DNA of 64,000 nt from Parcubacteria group bacterium GW2011_GWA2_43_11. Its GTDB lineage: Bacteria > Patescibacteriota > Minisyncoccia > Phycocordibacterales > UBA12088. A program made the translations under genes and the position numbers. The notes under the pieces are model-generated. The model was not told the origin of the DNA. It saw only the letters and a list, made by a program, of their open reading frames with translations, and did no database searches. The stretch covers positions 5,784-69,783 of the forward strand of contig LCFC01000002.1 of the NCBI GenBank assembly GCA_000998805.1, written 5' to 3'. Below are positions 18,352 through 27,744 of this stretch, piece by piece (position 1 is the stretch's first letter; every line of letters starts with the position of its first letter).

Positions 18352-18942
18352 ATGAACAAAATAGGACAAGGTATTCTTATTATTTCCGTGATACTTAACG
18401 TAGTGTTGGTCTATGAACTTTTAGGACGGAATGTTGCACTAGCTCCAGAGGATGAAGTATCTGAAAAAAGTGAATCCGTTACTATCGAGAAGAAGGTTCA
18501 TGAAAGTGGAATCTCGTACCCACTTATGCGCATCGTTGACGGTGACACCATTATTGTCGGGTTTGAGAACGCCACCGAGTATGTTCGACTTATTGGTATA
18601 GACGCACCCGAACCAAACGACCCCGGGGGACCACAGTGCTATGCGCAAGAATCCACCACACACCTTCAAGAGCTTGCCCGCACTGGACTCGTAACACTGT
18701 ACTTTGATGAGTCACAGGGTATGTACGATAGCTACGGAAGACTGCTTGCCTACGTAGAAATGCCAGATGGTACAGATTTGGGAAAACAAATGCTTGCGGA
18801 CGGATACGCACAGGAATTTACCTACCACTCAGCATACGAACGACAAGTCTCCTACATGTCTGCGGAGACTGAGGCACTTGAAAAAGAGCAAGGCTTATGG
18901 GCACCAGATGCTTGTAATATTGCCCCCGCGAATCAACCTTAG
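18352..18942 (+). CDS. Membrane-anchored thermonuclease (SNase-like)
   Basis: 196 aa with an N-terminal TM helix, VDGDTIIV, VRLIGIDAPE and YGRLLAYV. Confidence 0.85.
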   Translation: MNKIGQGILIISVILNVVLVYELLGRNVALAPEDEVSEKSESVTIEKKVHESGISYPLMRIVDGDTIIVGFENATEYVRLIGIDAPEPNDPGGPQCYAQESTTHLQELARTGLVTLYFDESQGMYDSYGRLLAYVEMPDGTDLGKQMLADGYAQEFTYHSAYERQVSYMSAETEALEKEQGLWAPDACNIAPANQP

Positions 18943-18957
18943 GTTTTTTCGCAAATA

Positions 18958-19560
18958 TTATTCCGTGCGATTGAGACTCGTCCATAGACCATTCCACCAA
19001 TCAGAAGGACTTTGAGAGTAAATAGCTTCACTTATTTTCTTTGATGATTTAAATTGCAGTAAGTTGATTTGGGCGTTTCCTTTTCCATCCTTACCTCGTA
19101 ACCATATACTGGCTTCTTTGTTACCTTGCCACTCATACTCACGCAACAGAAGTGCTTGTTCAAGTAAATCTGCATCTTTTGTAATTCGTGCTTCTTTACT
19201 TTCCCTTTTTTCATACTCTTCCTGAAGAGATTTCATTAAGGGGTACGGCACTGCCTCCATCTGATCTTTTATTATCTCTTGCGTATGTACCGTCACATAC
19301 CTCTTGTGTATCCAGTTATGGTCATTGCTCCGTGTCTCACCTAAATCGTGGAAAAGAGCCATCATTACCGTTTTGTACGGGTCAGCTCCCTCTTCCTGCG
19401 CAAGTATCCACGCAATGAGAGCAACACGATATGAATGTGAGGCAATGTTATCTGACATATCATCGGTCAATAAAGTCTGCCGATGCACACGAGCAAGTTT
19501 GCGCATAGTGCCAGCCTCAAAAAGAAAATTAACTATTTTTGTATTTTTTTCGTCAGACAT
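18958..19560 (-). CDS. HD-domain phosphohydrolase (YfbR-like 5'-nucleotidase family)
   Basis: 200 aa with HSYRVALIA and LFHDLGETRSNDHN (the H...HD...D pattern). Confidence 0.75.
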   Translation of the reverse strand: MSDEKNTKIVNFLFEAGTMRKLARVHRQTLLTDDMSDNIASHSYRVALIAWILAQEEGADPYKTVMMALFHDLGETRSNDHNWIHKRYVTVHTQEIIKDQMEAVPYPLMKSLQEEYEKRESKEARITKDADLLEQALLLREYEWQGNKEASIWLRGKDGKGNAQINLLQFKSSKKISEAIYSQSPSDWWNGLWTSLNRTE

Positions 19561-19562
19561 TA

Positions 19563-20402
19563 TTATTCTTCATCTACCAAACCCAAACGATCATCTTCGA
19601 GTTCTATATATCCTGTCGCAGAACTTTCTACGCAGAGTCGCACAAGGTACTGACTACCCGAGAGCGCGTCGGTCGTAAGCCTGTAGTACTCACGAGGTAC
19701 CCGAGCAATACTAAGAGCAAAGTTTTCGGTTTCGTAATCAGAATCAGGAAGCGGTGGTAATCCATCTTTTGGATTAGTTATCAAGAGTGTACTATCTAGT
19801 GAGTATTTCACGCCATATTCTGTTTGAGGGCCATACGCCACAACGAGCCCACTCTCCACATCCATGACTGCATGCTGTTGACAGTTAGAACCACAACCCC
19901 ACTCAGCGACAGTAAATCTTCCAGCAAATGTCGGCCCGCGTTTGAGCGCCTCAGAGAGAGTTCTTTTATGTTCACTTGCCTCCTTGAAAATAGCAAAGTC
20001 CGGCTCTGTAGCATAGGTACCGGTATACACACTGAGCGCACTGTCCGTAGTGCTTGCTAGGCGTTGTTCTTGTCGTTCAATCACGTCCGTACAAGTAATC
20101 GCTTTTGACTGTACAGCCTGTAGCTCATTAGAGCGTTTATATACTCCACCCTGCTCTTTAATCGCACCCCATACCCAAACAACATAGTCTCCTGCGCAAG
20201 TATGTACCAAGCGTCCAAGTGGATACCAACTCACCTCAACACCTTCATGGAGTAGATTTCCTTCGCTGTCGTAGCAACTTGAGGCTACAGGACCAAAAGC
20301 TTCAAATACTTCTTTTGTTATGTTTTCTACTCCTTTTGTATCCATCCATGGAGCCCATAGAGGAACAACAATAAGTAATGCAACAATACCAAAACGAATC
20401 AT
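19563..20402 (-). CDS. Hypothetical exported/anchored protein
   Basis: 279-aa ORF with an N-terminal hydrophobic signal/anchor (MIRFGIVALLIVVPLWAPW). It follows sppA on the minus strand and lies immediately upstream of the HD-domain gene. No family was recognised. Confidence 0.55.
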   Translation of the reverse strand: MIRFGIVALLIVVPLWAPWMDTKGVENITKEVFEAFGPVASSCYDSEGNLLHEGVEVSWYPLGRLVHTCAGDYVVWVWGAIKEQGGVYKRSNELQAVQSKAITCTDVIERQEQRLASTTDSALSVYTGTYATEPDFAIFKEASEHKRTLSEALKRGPTFAGRFTVAEWGCGSNCQQHAVMDVESGLVVAYGPQTEYGVKYSLDSTLLITNPKDGLPPLPDSDYETENFALSIARVPREYYRLTTDALSGSQYLVRLCVESSATGYIELEDDRLGLVDEE

Positions 20403-20555
20403 TGTGGCAGTATACCTTGAGTCGGGTCTTGCGAAAACTTCACGTATCTCAAAATAGTTTTACTATTTTCGTAAAACATACTTCCCAGTAGTTGGACCTA
20501 CCAGAAGCTACCTAGTTTCGTAAGTAATAAACGAATACATCCTTTTACAAAGGTG

Positions 20556-21443
20556 CTAATAGAGAAGGTCTCCTAAGCCACTACCCTGTGCCTCACAAAG
20601 TACCACATCCTCTTCGTTCATTGTAAGTGTTTCTTGCAGGTACGTGATTGCCTCACTAAAACCTCCAAGCACATCGATGAGTTTCAACCGAAGCGCTTCT
20701 TCACCAAAATAAGCGCGCCCATCAGCTAGTGCGGTCAGTTCTTCTTTTTGAAGTCTCGTACGTGAAGTTGAAATACGATCAATCATGTACGCATGCGCAC
20801 TATCTACTTGTGATTGGAAATATTCTTTTTCTTGCTCAGTCAAGATTCGTTCTGGATTTCCTGCATCTTTGTACAATCCACTTGATAGATCAATCCATCG
20901 TGAACCCGTAAGCTCTGTAGAACTTGCCACTTCTAGGTAGGACATGGTGACACCAATAGAGCCAACCGCAGAGACGGGTGATGCGACTATGTAGTCAGCT
21001 CCAGAAATAGCCCAGTACGCGGCACTAGTACCTCTATCTCTTACTACTGCAACAACAGGTTTTTGTATATCCAAAAGTGCAGACATTATTTCATCTCCTG
21101 CGAGTGGTGTCCCGCCGGGAGAATCAACATCAAGTAAAATTGCAACAACATTCTCATCATCTTCAGCATCGGTAATTTTTTTAATAACACTGTCCGCACT
21201 TACAATTACTCCCATTCCAAGTAATTCACCTATTCCATTATCGGTCGAGGTGAGAACACCATGAATAGGTATTCTTGCAATGTTACAGGTCATATCTTCA
21301 TTGTATAGAATGCTTAAAAAACCTATGAAAAGGACAAGTAAAAATCCCCAGAAAAAAAGAGACGGGATTAATACTACAAGCGCATACACCACCTGCCATG
21401 CCCCTCGTTTTTTATTCGTTTGTTCAACATGCATTTCTTCCAT
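20556..21443 (-). CDS. sppA: Signal peptide peptidase SppA (S49, 36K type)
   Basis: 295 aa with an N-terminal TM segment, VDSPGGTPLAGDEI, and SAAYWAISGADYIVASPVSAVGSIGV. Confidence 0.85.
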   Translation of the reverse strand: MEEMHVEQTNKKRGAWQVVYALVVLIPSLFFWGFLLVLFIGFLSILYNEDMTCNIARIPIHGVLTSTDNGIGELLGMGVIVSADSVIKKITDAEDDENVVAILLDVDSPGGTPLAGDEIMSALLDIQKPVVAVVRDRGTSAAYWAISGADYIVASPVSAVGSIGVTMSYLEVASSTELTGSRWIDLSSGLYKDAGNPERILTEQEKEYFQSQVDSAHAYMIDRISTSRTRLQKEELTALADGRAYFGEEALRLKLIDVLGGFSEAITYLQETLTMNEEDVVLCEAQGSGLGDLLY

Positions 21444-21476
21444 AATTTATAGTATACCATCTATACCCATGTTATC

Positions 21477-22508
21477 TTATGAATTTTCCGGGGTATCTTT
21501 CGTTTCCGCACCATATAGTTTTTGTGCTTTTTCCCAAAACTCTGGATGATTTTGGTGTTTTTTCAACCAGTACCACCATTCTGCTCCCCAAAGATACTGT
21601 TTTTCAAAACGTGTTTCTTTTGCGTATGCAATAATTTTCTCAAATTTTTCAATACTCATACGTAAAAATTGGGTTTCAAGATCTGCGTCTACCACAGGCA
21701 CGTTGAGCCAAGGTTCAACAGAAAGTTCAATCAACATAGCTTCCTTTTTTCCAAAAATGATTTCAAGCAACTTCCTTTTAGCTATGTACGCCTCAGGTGG
21801 GAGTATTGACTCAATGGGCCCTGTAGCTTCATTCCAGAGGTATACGTAGACACTCGTACCAAAACTATCTCCTCGTTTGTATGCTCCATACCACATCCCC
21901 AAATTTCCACTATCCGTCACAAGTATTGGGTGTGATGGGTCAAGTTTACGAACAAAAGCTATTTCTTCATCAAGAAAGGCACTGTCTAGTTCCCCACAAT
22001 GTTCTTTTGCAAACACAGTCAAGAATGGTTCATTTTCAATCTGCCAATACACAATTGCAGAACTGTCTTTGTACCGAGTAACTACTTGTTCTAGATATTC
22101 TCGTATAAGATCTTTTTGTTCATCCCATGTTTTCTCTTGTGCCCAAACAGGTACATGACATTCTGGCCAACGAGGAAGACGCCTACCTACAGCAAAAACC
22201 ACATCAGCGCCATGCTCCTCTGCAAGTCGTATTTGGGTATCAAGTTCAGAAAAATTCCACTCTCCTTCTGCGGGTGCAACCATCGTCCAGTGTGCAGCGA
22301 GCCTTAAGTGACGCACCTGAAGGTCATCTAAAATTGCGGTATATACCTCTTCCCACTCTAGGCCGAGTTCACGAGCATAGAGTGTATTAAATGAAACACC
22401 ATACTGAACTTCCTCGGGGTATGCTTCATGTGTAAGTAGGTACCAAACAAGACCTGCCCCAGCAAGAATTATGAAAACAAGCAGTAAAATCCACGCGAGC
22501 ATTTTCAT
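21477..22508 (-). CDS. Membrane-anchored TIM-barrel glycoside hydrolase-like protein (clan GH-A, GH5/GH42-like)
   Basis: 343 aa with an N-terminal TM segment and YWQIENEP, an NEP acid/base-type motif. The family is not resolved. Confidence 0.6.
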   Translation of the reverse strand: MKMLAWILLLVFIILAGAGLVWYLLTHEAYPEEVQYGVSFNTLYARELGLEWEEVYTAILDDLQVRHLRLAAHWTMVAPAEGEWNFSELDTQIRLAEEHGADVVFAVGRRLPRWPECHVPVWAQEKTWDEQKDLIREYLEQVVTRYKDSSAIVYWQIENEPFLTVFAKEHCGELDSAFLDEEIAFVRKLDPSHPILVTDSGNLGMWYGAYKRGDSFGTSVYVYLWNEATGPIESILPPEAYIAKRKLLEIIFGKKEAMLIELSVEPWLNVPVVDADLETQFLRMSIEKFEKIIAYAKETRFEKQYLWGAEWWYWLKKHQNHPEFWEKAQKLYGAETKDTPENS

Positions 22509-22511
22509 ACC

Positions 22512-23489
22512 TTATATAAATAAAAGAAAAAAGCCAAATGCAATGAGTGGAATAGCTATCGCTTTGTGTATCATATCTTGCGTTGTGAGATTCTCACCAA
22601 AATCTCTACTGAGTTTACTTCCAAAAATAACACTGATGATGAGCAAAAAAAGATATTGCAATCCACCCAGTGCCTGCACGAGCGCAACATCCCCAAACTC
22701 AATAGCTTTAAGGATAATAATACTTGCGAAACCTGCGAGCACTTTGTTGCCAAAGACCAACAACCCATCACGTCCTTTTGCACGTGAGGTGCGCGCGGTA
22801 ATTTTGTGCCAGTATTCTGGAATAAGAAGCATAGAAAGTGCAATAAAAACAATACCCAATCTTGTCCAGAGGAACGCATTGTCAAAATTAGTCAGTTCAA
22901 CAAAAGATTTGAACACCACGTAATGCAATCCAAACATGAGAGATGCATGGGTGGTCGAAAACATGACACGCCACGAAAATCGAAATTGAGAGATTAAAAT
23001 TGTTCCAACCATCAACAAGAAAAAACCACCTACAAACTCACGGGGGAGAGGTGTTGCAAGAAACATGTATGAAAAAAGCAACGTGAAAAAAGCGGTAAGT
23101 CCACCTGTCACTGGTACAACGTCAGATGCATCAGACAGACGCAAAGCATCAAAAAACGACATGAGTGCTGAGAAAAAAGTGTACCCTGCAAGTATTGCAA
23201 ATGAAAACGCTATAAGGTCTGGGGGACTCACGTTAATAAACGATGGCATAGAAAGTCCTTCAATAGGTATCGGCAACCAACTAAAAAAGTAGATGAGTAT
23301 CGCACCGGAAGAAAGTACACTCACGTAGAATGCATACACAAAAGGACGGAATACGACGGTTTCTGACGTCACTATGTATTTGTCAAATAGGGCAACAATT
23401 GCATTTAAAAATTGCCCAACAATAGCGAGTGCAAGCCAAAGACTCATACTAATATTGTACCTGAAAAAAACCAATACATTTGTAAACAT
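22512..23489 (-). CDS. EamA/DMT-superfamily membrane protein
   Basis: 325 aa with about 10 TM helices in two similar halves. The start could be the internal Met (MSLWLALAIVGQ). Confidence 0.65.
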   Translation of the reverse strand: MFTNVLVFFRYNISMSLWLALAIVGQFLNAIVALFDKYIVTSETVVFRPFVYAFYVSVLSSGAILIYFFSWLPIPIEGLSMPSFINVSPPDLIAFSFAILAGYTFFSALMSFFDALRLSDASDVVPVTGGLTAFFTLLFSYMFLATPLPREFVGGFFLLMVGTILISQFRFSWRVMFSTTHASLMFGLHYVVFKSFVELTNFDNAFLWTRLGIVFIALSMLLIPEYWHKITARTSRAKGRDGLLVFGNKVLAGFASIIILKAIEFGDVALVQALGGLQYLFLLIISVIFGSKLSRDFGENLTTQDMIHKAIAIPLIAFGFFLLFI

Positions 23490-23495
23490 ATTAAC

Positions 23496-23520
23496 ATGAA
23501 GAAGGTTGAACCTTCTTCAT
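23496..23520. repeat. REP-like palindrome, copy 1
   Basis: ATGAAGAAGGTTGAACCTTCTTCAT. The arms ATGAAGAAGG/CCTTCTTCAT pair perfectly. It lies about 45 nt upstream of the RAYT-like gene. Confidence 0.85.
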
Positions 23521-23565
23521 AGAGCTTTATACTATAAATATATTTTCTATATTTAATTTTTGCTT

Positions 23566-24303
23566 ATGCAACGCGAACCGATTGAGACAGACGGTATTTA
23601 TCACATTTATAATCGTGGTGTTGATAAACGAATTACTTTTGATGATGACGATGAGCATAGATATTTTATTCATTTCTTATACACTCTAAATGATTCGAAA
23701 AACACTTCTACTAATATTAGGAGGGATTTTCTATCAATAACAAGATCTAACAATTATAAAACTGCCACTAATGAAGAAGGTTCAACCTTCTTCATTAGTA
23801 AACCTAAAAGATATAAAAGAGACATGTTGGTCGATATATATGCTTTTGTATTAATGCCAAATCATTACCATCTACTTCTCAAACAAAAAGTAGACAACGG
23901 AGTTTCAAAATTTATGCAGAAGTTAGGTACTGGGTATACCATGATGTTCAATGAAAAACACGAACGTTCAGGTTCCTTGTTTCAGGGTCGATATAAAAGT
24001 AAACACATCTTAAGTGATGAACAGCTGAGATATATCACGCATTACATACATCTTAACCCTCTTGGAAAAAATAACTTATTAAATCTAGAAGAGAGTGTAG
24101 AATATTTAAAAAAATATAAATGGAGTAGCTTCCCTGACTATGTTGAAATTAAGAATTTCCCATCAGTTACTTCTCGAGATTTTATTTTTTCTCTTTTTGA
24201 AGATAAGAATAAATATTTAAAGAGCATCAGTTCAGTACTTGAAAAAAATGACCTTTTGTCACATGTTGATTCAAAAGACTGTATTGATTACAGCGACTCT
24301 TAA
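23566..24303 (+). CDS. REP-associated tyrosine transposase-like protein (RAYT / IS200-like HUH-Y1, COG1943 type)
   Basis: YHIYNRG N-terminal motif, the HUH motif in LMPNHYHLLL, GRYKSK, and a C-terminal Tyr helix YITHYIHLNP. The ATG at 23566 is used because the ORF-track start is a TTG. The gene is flanked by REP-like palindromes. Confidence 0.8.
   Translation: MQREPIETDGIYHIYNRGVDKRITFDDDDEHRYFIHFLYTLNDSKNTSTNIRRDFLSITRSNNYKTATNEEGSTFFISKPKRYKRDMLVDIYAFVLMPNHYHLLLKQKVDNGVSKFMQKLGTGYTMMFNEKHERSGSLFQGRYKSKHILSDEQLRYITHYIHLNPLGKNNLLNLEESVEYLKKYKWSSFPDYVEIKNFPSVTSRDFIFSLFEDKNKYLKSISSVLEKNDLLSHVDSKDCIDYSDS
23771..23795. repeat. REP-like palindrome, copy 2, in-frame inside the RAYT-like CDS
   Basis: ATGAAGAAGGTTCAACCTTCTTCAT. 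It encodes NEEGSTFFI within the linker between the YHIYNRG and HUH motifs. Confidence 0.85.
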
Positions 24304-24307
24304 GATT

Positions 24308-25573
24308 TTAAACAGAAGAGAATGAAGAAGGTTGAACCTTCTTCATGTTTTGGGTGGAATGAGAAAGAATGAGGTCACGGTAGACGAACGCGGAGGGGCG
24401 GATGGTGCGCTCGAGGGTGTCGTAGTTTACCTCTACGAGACCGAACCGTTTGTCAAAACCGTGCGCCCATTCATAGTTATCAAGCAAAGACCAATACATA
24501 AAACCCCGAACATCAGCACCGTTTTTTATTGCTTTACCAATACCACCTACTGTTTTTCTAATATAGTCCGCTCGAAAAGCATCTTTTGCGTCTGCACAAC
24601 CACACTCCTCGACGTACACAGGTTTATTATATCGTTGTACTTCCATTATGGCATCGTAAATACCTTCAGGTCGCAAGTCCCATCCCATATCTGTCTTTGG
24701 ATAGTTCGTTTTGCTACCAAAGTCAGTGTAAAAATAATAATTCAAACCAATACTGTCTGAGTTTTTATATATCTTTTTCAAATACCTATGGGTCATATTC
24801 CACATCTGGAATTTTGCCACAAGTTTATAAAAGGGATTCCCGTGAGCATTAAAATAATGCACTTGAAACACTACGGTTACATGTATATGAGGTGCAATCT
24901 CTTTAATCGCACTATACGCAGTGTTGTGTGCACGCGCCAAAACATTCGCAAGTGTAAAAAATTTAATTATTTCCCCCCAATCTGTAGTCGAGTTCTTACT
25001 CAATTCCTTATCATTTGGTATTCGGGCCAATGCAATCAATGGAAAACGTTGAAACGGAGGGAATGTCCCGCGTACCCACCCGTTTATAACTGTCGAATAC
25101 GGTTCATTCAGTGTTGTGAAGTGTGTAGCCAAGTCTGACAAGCGAGAAACAACATATGCACAATACCGTGCAAATATTTCTGGAAAATCCTTGTGCTCAA
25201 TACCACCTTTCGCATCTAGCCAACTAGGAATCGTCCAATGCCACAATGTCACACTTGGCTCAAGATTTCTTTCTCTTAGCGCTCTCAAAACACTTCTGTA
25301 ATGTTCTATTTCCCTATCATCAAACTTCCCTTCCTCGGGCTCAATGCGTGACCACTCTATAGAAAATCTATGTGCGTTGTGTCCGAGAGACTTTGCAATA
25401 TCAAAATCTTGCTCGTAGCGATTGTAGTGGTCGCACGCCTTCCCACACACAGGCACTTTGCCTTCACGAGCGCTCTTCGCCCAGTCATTGTTTTCAATTC
25501 CTCCTTCTACTTGATAGGCAGATGTAGCTGCGCCCCACAGAAACGTATCTGGAAAGACTTTTTTTTCTTGCAT
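24308..25573 (-). CDS. GH1 beta-glucosidase
   Basis: FLWGAATSAYQVEGG, TLNEP (acid/base) and YVEECG (nucleophile region). The ATG at 25573 (MQEKKVFPDTF) is preferred over the ORF-track start at 25603. The last residues (MKKVQPSSFSSV) are encoded by REP copy 3. Confidence 0.9.
   Translation of the reverse strand: MQEKKVFPDTFLWGAATSAYQVEGGIENNDWAKSAREGKVPVCGKACDHYNRYEQDFDIAKSLGHNAHRFSIEWSRIEPEEGKFDDREIEHYRSVLRALRERNLEPSVTLWHWTIPSWLDAKGGIEHKDFPEIFARYCAYVVSRLSDLATHFTTLNEPYSTVINGWVRGTFPPFQRFPLIALARIPNDKELSKNSTTDWGEIIKFFTLANVLARAHNTAYSAIKEIAPHIHVTVVFQVHYFNAHGNPFYKLVAKFQMWNMTHRYLKKIYKNSDSIGLNYYFYTDFGSKTNYPKTDMGWDLRPEGIYDAIMEVQRYNKPVYVEECGCADAKDAFRADYIRKTVGGIGKAIKNGADVRGFMYWSLLDNYEWAHGFDKRFGLVEVNYDTLERTIRPSAFVYRDLILSHSTQNMKKVQPSSFSSV
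24322..24346. repeat. REP-like palindrome, copy 3 (forms the 3' end of the GH1 CDS)
   Basis: ATGAAGAAGGTTGAACCTTCTTCAT, identical to copy 1. Confidence 0.85.
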
Positions 25574-25595
25574 TGCTAATACGATACCATTAGGT

Positions 25596-25630
25596 ATACA
25601 CACAAAGAAAGAGGCATCCCGAAAGATGCC
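25596..25630 (-). terminator. Candidate rho-independent terminator for the 25750-26148 gene
   Basis: The minus strand reads AGGGGCATC-TTTCGG-GATGCCTCT followed by TTCTTTGTGTG. Confidence 0.45.
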
Positions 25631-25706
25631 CCTTTAAAACAGACCGTCAACCCTTAGGTCAACGTGTCAAACCACACCACTGTGGCTGACAAAAGACAAA
25701 AAGTGT

Positions 25707-25731
25707 ATGAGTAAGGTTGAACCTTCCTCAT
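25707..25731. repeat. REP-like palindrome, copy 4 (variant)
   Basis: ATGAGTAAGGTTGAACCTTCCTCAT. One arm change is compensated (A>G with T>C) and one is not. Confidence 0.75.
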
Positions 25732-25749
25732 GATGCCGAACGAAGGGGG

Positions 25750-26148
25750 TTAGTTGCCGTAGTTGTTGTTGCTGTAGTTGGGGTCGGTGAAAGACGACTT
25801 CCCCCACACCCACTCACCAAATCCTTTGGTGTAACCGCCGGCACCTGAAAATTTCGGCCCTTCAGCTTCCGAGAGGTATCCTCCGACTGACTGAATGTTC
25901 AGTCCATTCGTAGCGTCACCCATCCCAGTCCTGAAATCATACTGGCCACCCGACATAGCTTTTGTCCAGGTGTTCTTGCCTTCTGCCCAGGCTTGACTGC
26001 TACCACCGATGTCCACGAAGAACTGACCCTTGTTGACAATTGTTTGTTGTGGCGGTTGCTGCGGCTGCGAATCTGTCGCAAAACTTGATGCGACCGGGAC
26101 CGCAAGCATGATGGTCATCAGCACTACTCCAATCATCTTTTTTCTCAT
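25750..26148 (-). CDS. Small secreted hypothetical protein
   Basis: 132 aa with a signal peptide (MRKKMIGVVLMTIMLAVPVASSFA). The mature part is rich in Gly and Gln. Confidence 0.6.
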   Translation of the reverse strand: MRKKMIGVVLMTIMLAVPVASSFATDSQPQQPPQQTIVNKGQFFVDIGGSSQAWAEGKNTWTKAMSGGQYDFRTGMGDATNGLNIQSVGGYLSEAEGPKFSGAGGYTKGFGEWVWGKSSFTDPNYSNNNYGN

Positions 26149-26428
26149 TTTTTTACCCCATTTCTGAAATATTTTGCTTGTGACTCTATATGAGCCCAGC
26201 CTTTAATGTACACATCAGGCTTTCGCCTAATGTTTTTACCATTTTCTTCTTGAAAATAAGTAATGGGCTTAGCCCGATGCTTCTTGAAGGGTATCATGTT
26301 TATATGTAAATGTCAAGTGTAACGATTAAAAAAACTTGCTTTTTTATAAGATTTGTGCTATTGTTTTTTCAGGGAGTTTGTGTACCATTACAAACAAATA
26401 TCAAAAATTAAACAGGAAGGAGAAAGGG

Positions 26429-27130
26429 ATGAAAAGTTTGTTCACATGGATGTACATGTTTATCTTTTTGTTGCTTGTACCCCTTGGGGTGCTAGCAACA
26501 AATGAACAGCCGTTTGCGCCACTCGACAGTCGCCCTGCGACAAAAGCGATGGTACAGGAGAGGTATACGGAGATGAAAAAAATGGCTCCTCAAGACCCTC
26601 GAAGAGTTGAGTTCTTCAGACTTAGCCTAGCCTTAACGGGCTTTTCCGAAAACGAACTCGATATTATCGTCAAGAGAGGTGCTTACAGAATTGAGCCCTG
26701 TGGCTCATGCAATCTCAAGACATACGAGATGATACCTGATGGTAAAAGTAAGACTTGGCGGAACGTAACTCCAACGGAGTCGGTGGTATTCATCATTATT
26801 GATGAAAAAAAATCGATACCGTGGTTTTTGCCACGGTGTAATAACCCAGTCGAAGAAGTGAAGCCTAAACCACTTCCACCACCTCCGCAGGCAACAGCTC
26901 CAAAACCAGTACCACCACCAGAACCTACAAAATTCAAACCAGTGGGCTGTATTCAAGGGGCACCTCTTCAGCTACTAGGTTCGAGCACTATCCGGAGTGG
27001 AATTGGTAATTCGCCATGGAGCGGATTTGGAGTTGGAGATGTTTCCCATCACAATAACGTCATATTTTATCCCACGGAATGCATTTCAGAAACAGACTAT
27101 CAAGAAAGAGACAAGGAGGGGAAGAAATGA
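26429..27130 (+). CDS. Secreted hypothetical protein with a proline-rich segment
   Basis: The start was moved to the ATG at 26429 (SD AGGAAGGAGAAAGGG). It has a signal peptide (MKSLFTWMYMFIFLLLVPLGVLA) and the tract PKPLPPPPQATAPKPVPPPEP. Confidence 0.6.
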   Translation: MKSLFTWMYMFIFLLLVPLGVLATNEQPFAPLDSRPATKAMVQERYTEMKKMAPQDPRRVEFFRLSLALTGFSENELDIIVKRGAYRIEPCGSCNLKTYEMIPDGKSKTWRNVTPTESVVFIIIDEKKSIPWFLPRCNNPVEEVKPKPLPPPPQATAPKPVPPPEPTKFKPVGCIQGAPLQLLGSSTIRSGIGNSPWSGFGVGDVSHHNNVIFYPTECISETDYQERDKEGKK

Positions 27131-27663
27131 AAATAGTTAACCTACTCAGTATGCTGGTAATTCTCGTCACGTTGTCTGCGTGCGGAGCTCGTACAAAAGT
27201 GGCGCGTTTAGACCCAGACAAAGTATGTCCTCCAGGAGAGACATGCGTTTCATTTATGAGTTCTGGAATGGACGCGGAGGGTGGCGGTGTACAGAAAACA
27301 ACTGTCCTCTTTGGTGGCACCCAGACAGTACCAGACAAAAACGGACAACCGCAGTCCGTACCGCTTGGAGTAAAAGTTATATCGGCAAGTGCGAACGCTG
27401 ATCGAGTAGACACTATGATACCGTCTTTGGTTGGTGCTGGAGCACAACTCGGCTCAGCTGCCATCCATGCAAATGGAATGGAAAATGCGGCAAAAAGACA
27501 AGCGAACGCGCTAAAGTACGCAGCTGAACATTCAGCCCCAAGTACTGTAATCATTAACGACGGATCCGCAAGCTCGTACTCTGGGGCTACCGCCATAAGC
27601 CAGCAGACCAGTGAGGTGGGTATCGGTATGGAACAAAATACCCATTTCGACCCAAGGAAATAA
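27127..27663 (+). CDS. Putative lipoprotein
   Basis: The ATG at 27127 overlaps the upstream stop (ATGA) and is preceded by SD GGAGGGG. The lipobox LSAC sits in MKIVNLLSMLVILVTLSACG. The opposite-strand ORF 27060-27596 is judged spurious. Confidence 0.65.
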   Translation: MKIVNLLSMLVILVTLSACGARTKVARLDPDKVCPPGETCVSFMSSGMDAEGGGVQKTTVLFGGTQTVPDKNGQPQSVPLGVKVISASANADRVDTMIPSLVGAGAQLGSAAIHANGMENAAKRQANALKYAAEHSAPSTVIINDGSASSYSGATAISQQTSEVGIGMEQNTHFDPRK

Positions 27664-27691
27664 CGAGCTTTTGATATTTGTTTTTACACCC

Positions 27692-27726
27692 AAGGTCGAC
27701 GTTTTTTGTCGACCTTGTTTATTTAT
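27692..27726 (+). terminator. Rho-independent terminator
   Basis: AAGGTCGAC-GTTTTTT-GTCGACCTT followed by GTTTATTTAT. Confidence 0.7.
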
Positions 27727-27744
27727 AAAAAAATATGTACGTGT

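Noticed and set aside
20515-20525. GTTTCGTAAGT resembling the R-family right TIR (possible solo TIR remnant)
   Set aside because: Only an 11-nt partial match is present, with no adjacent module or partner arm, so it cannot be distinguished from chance.
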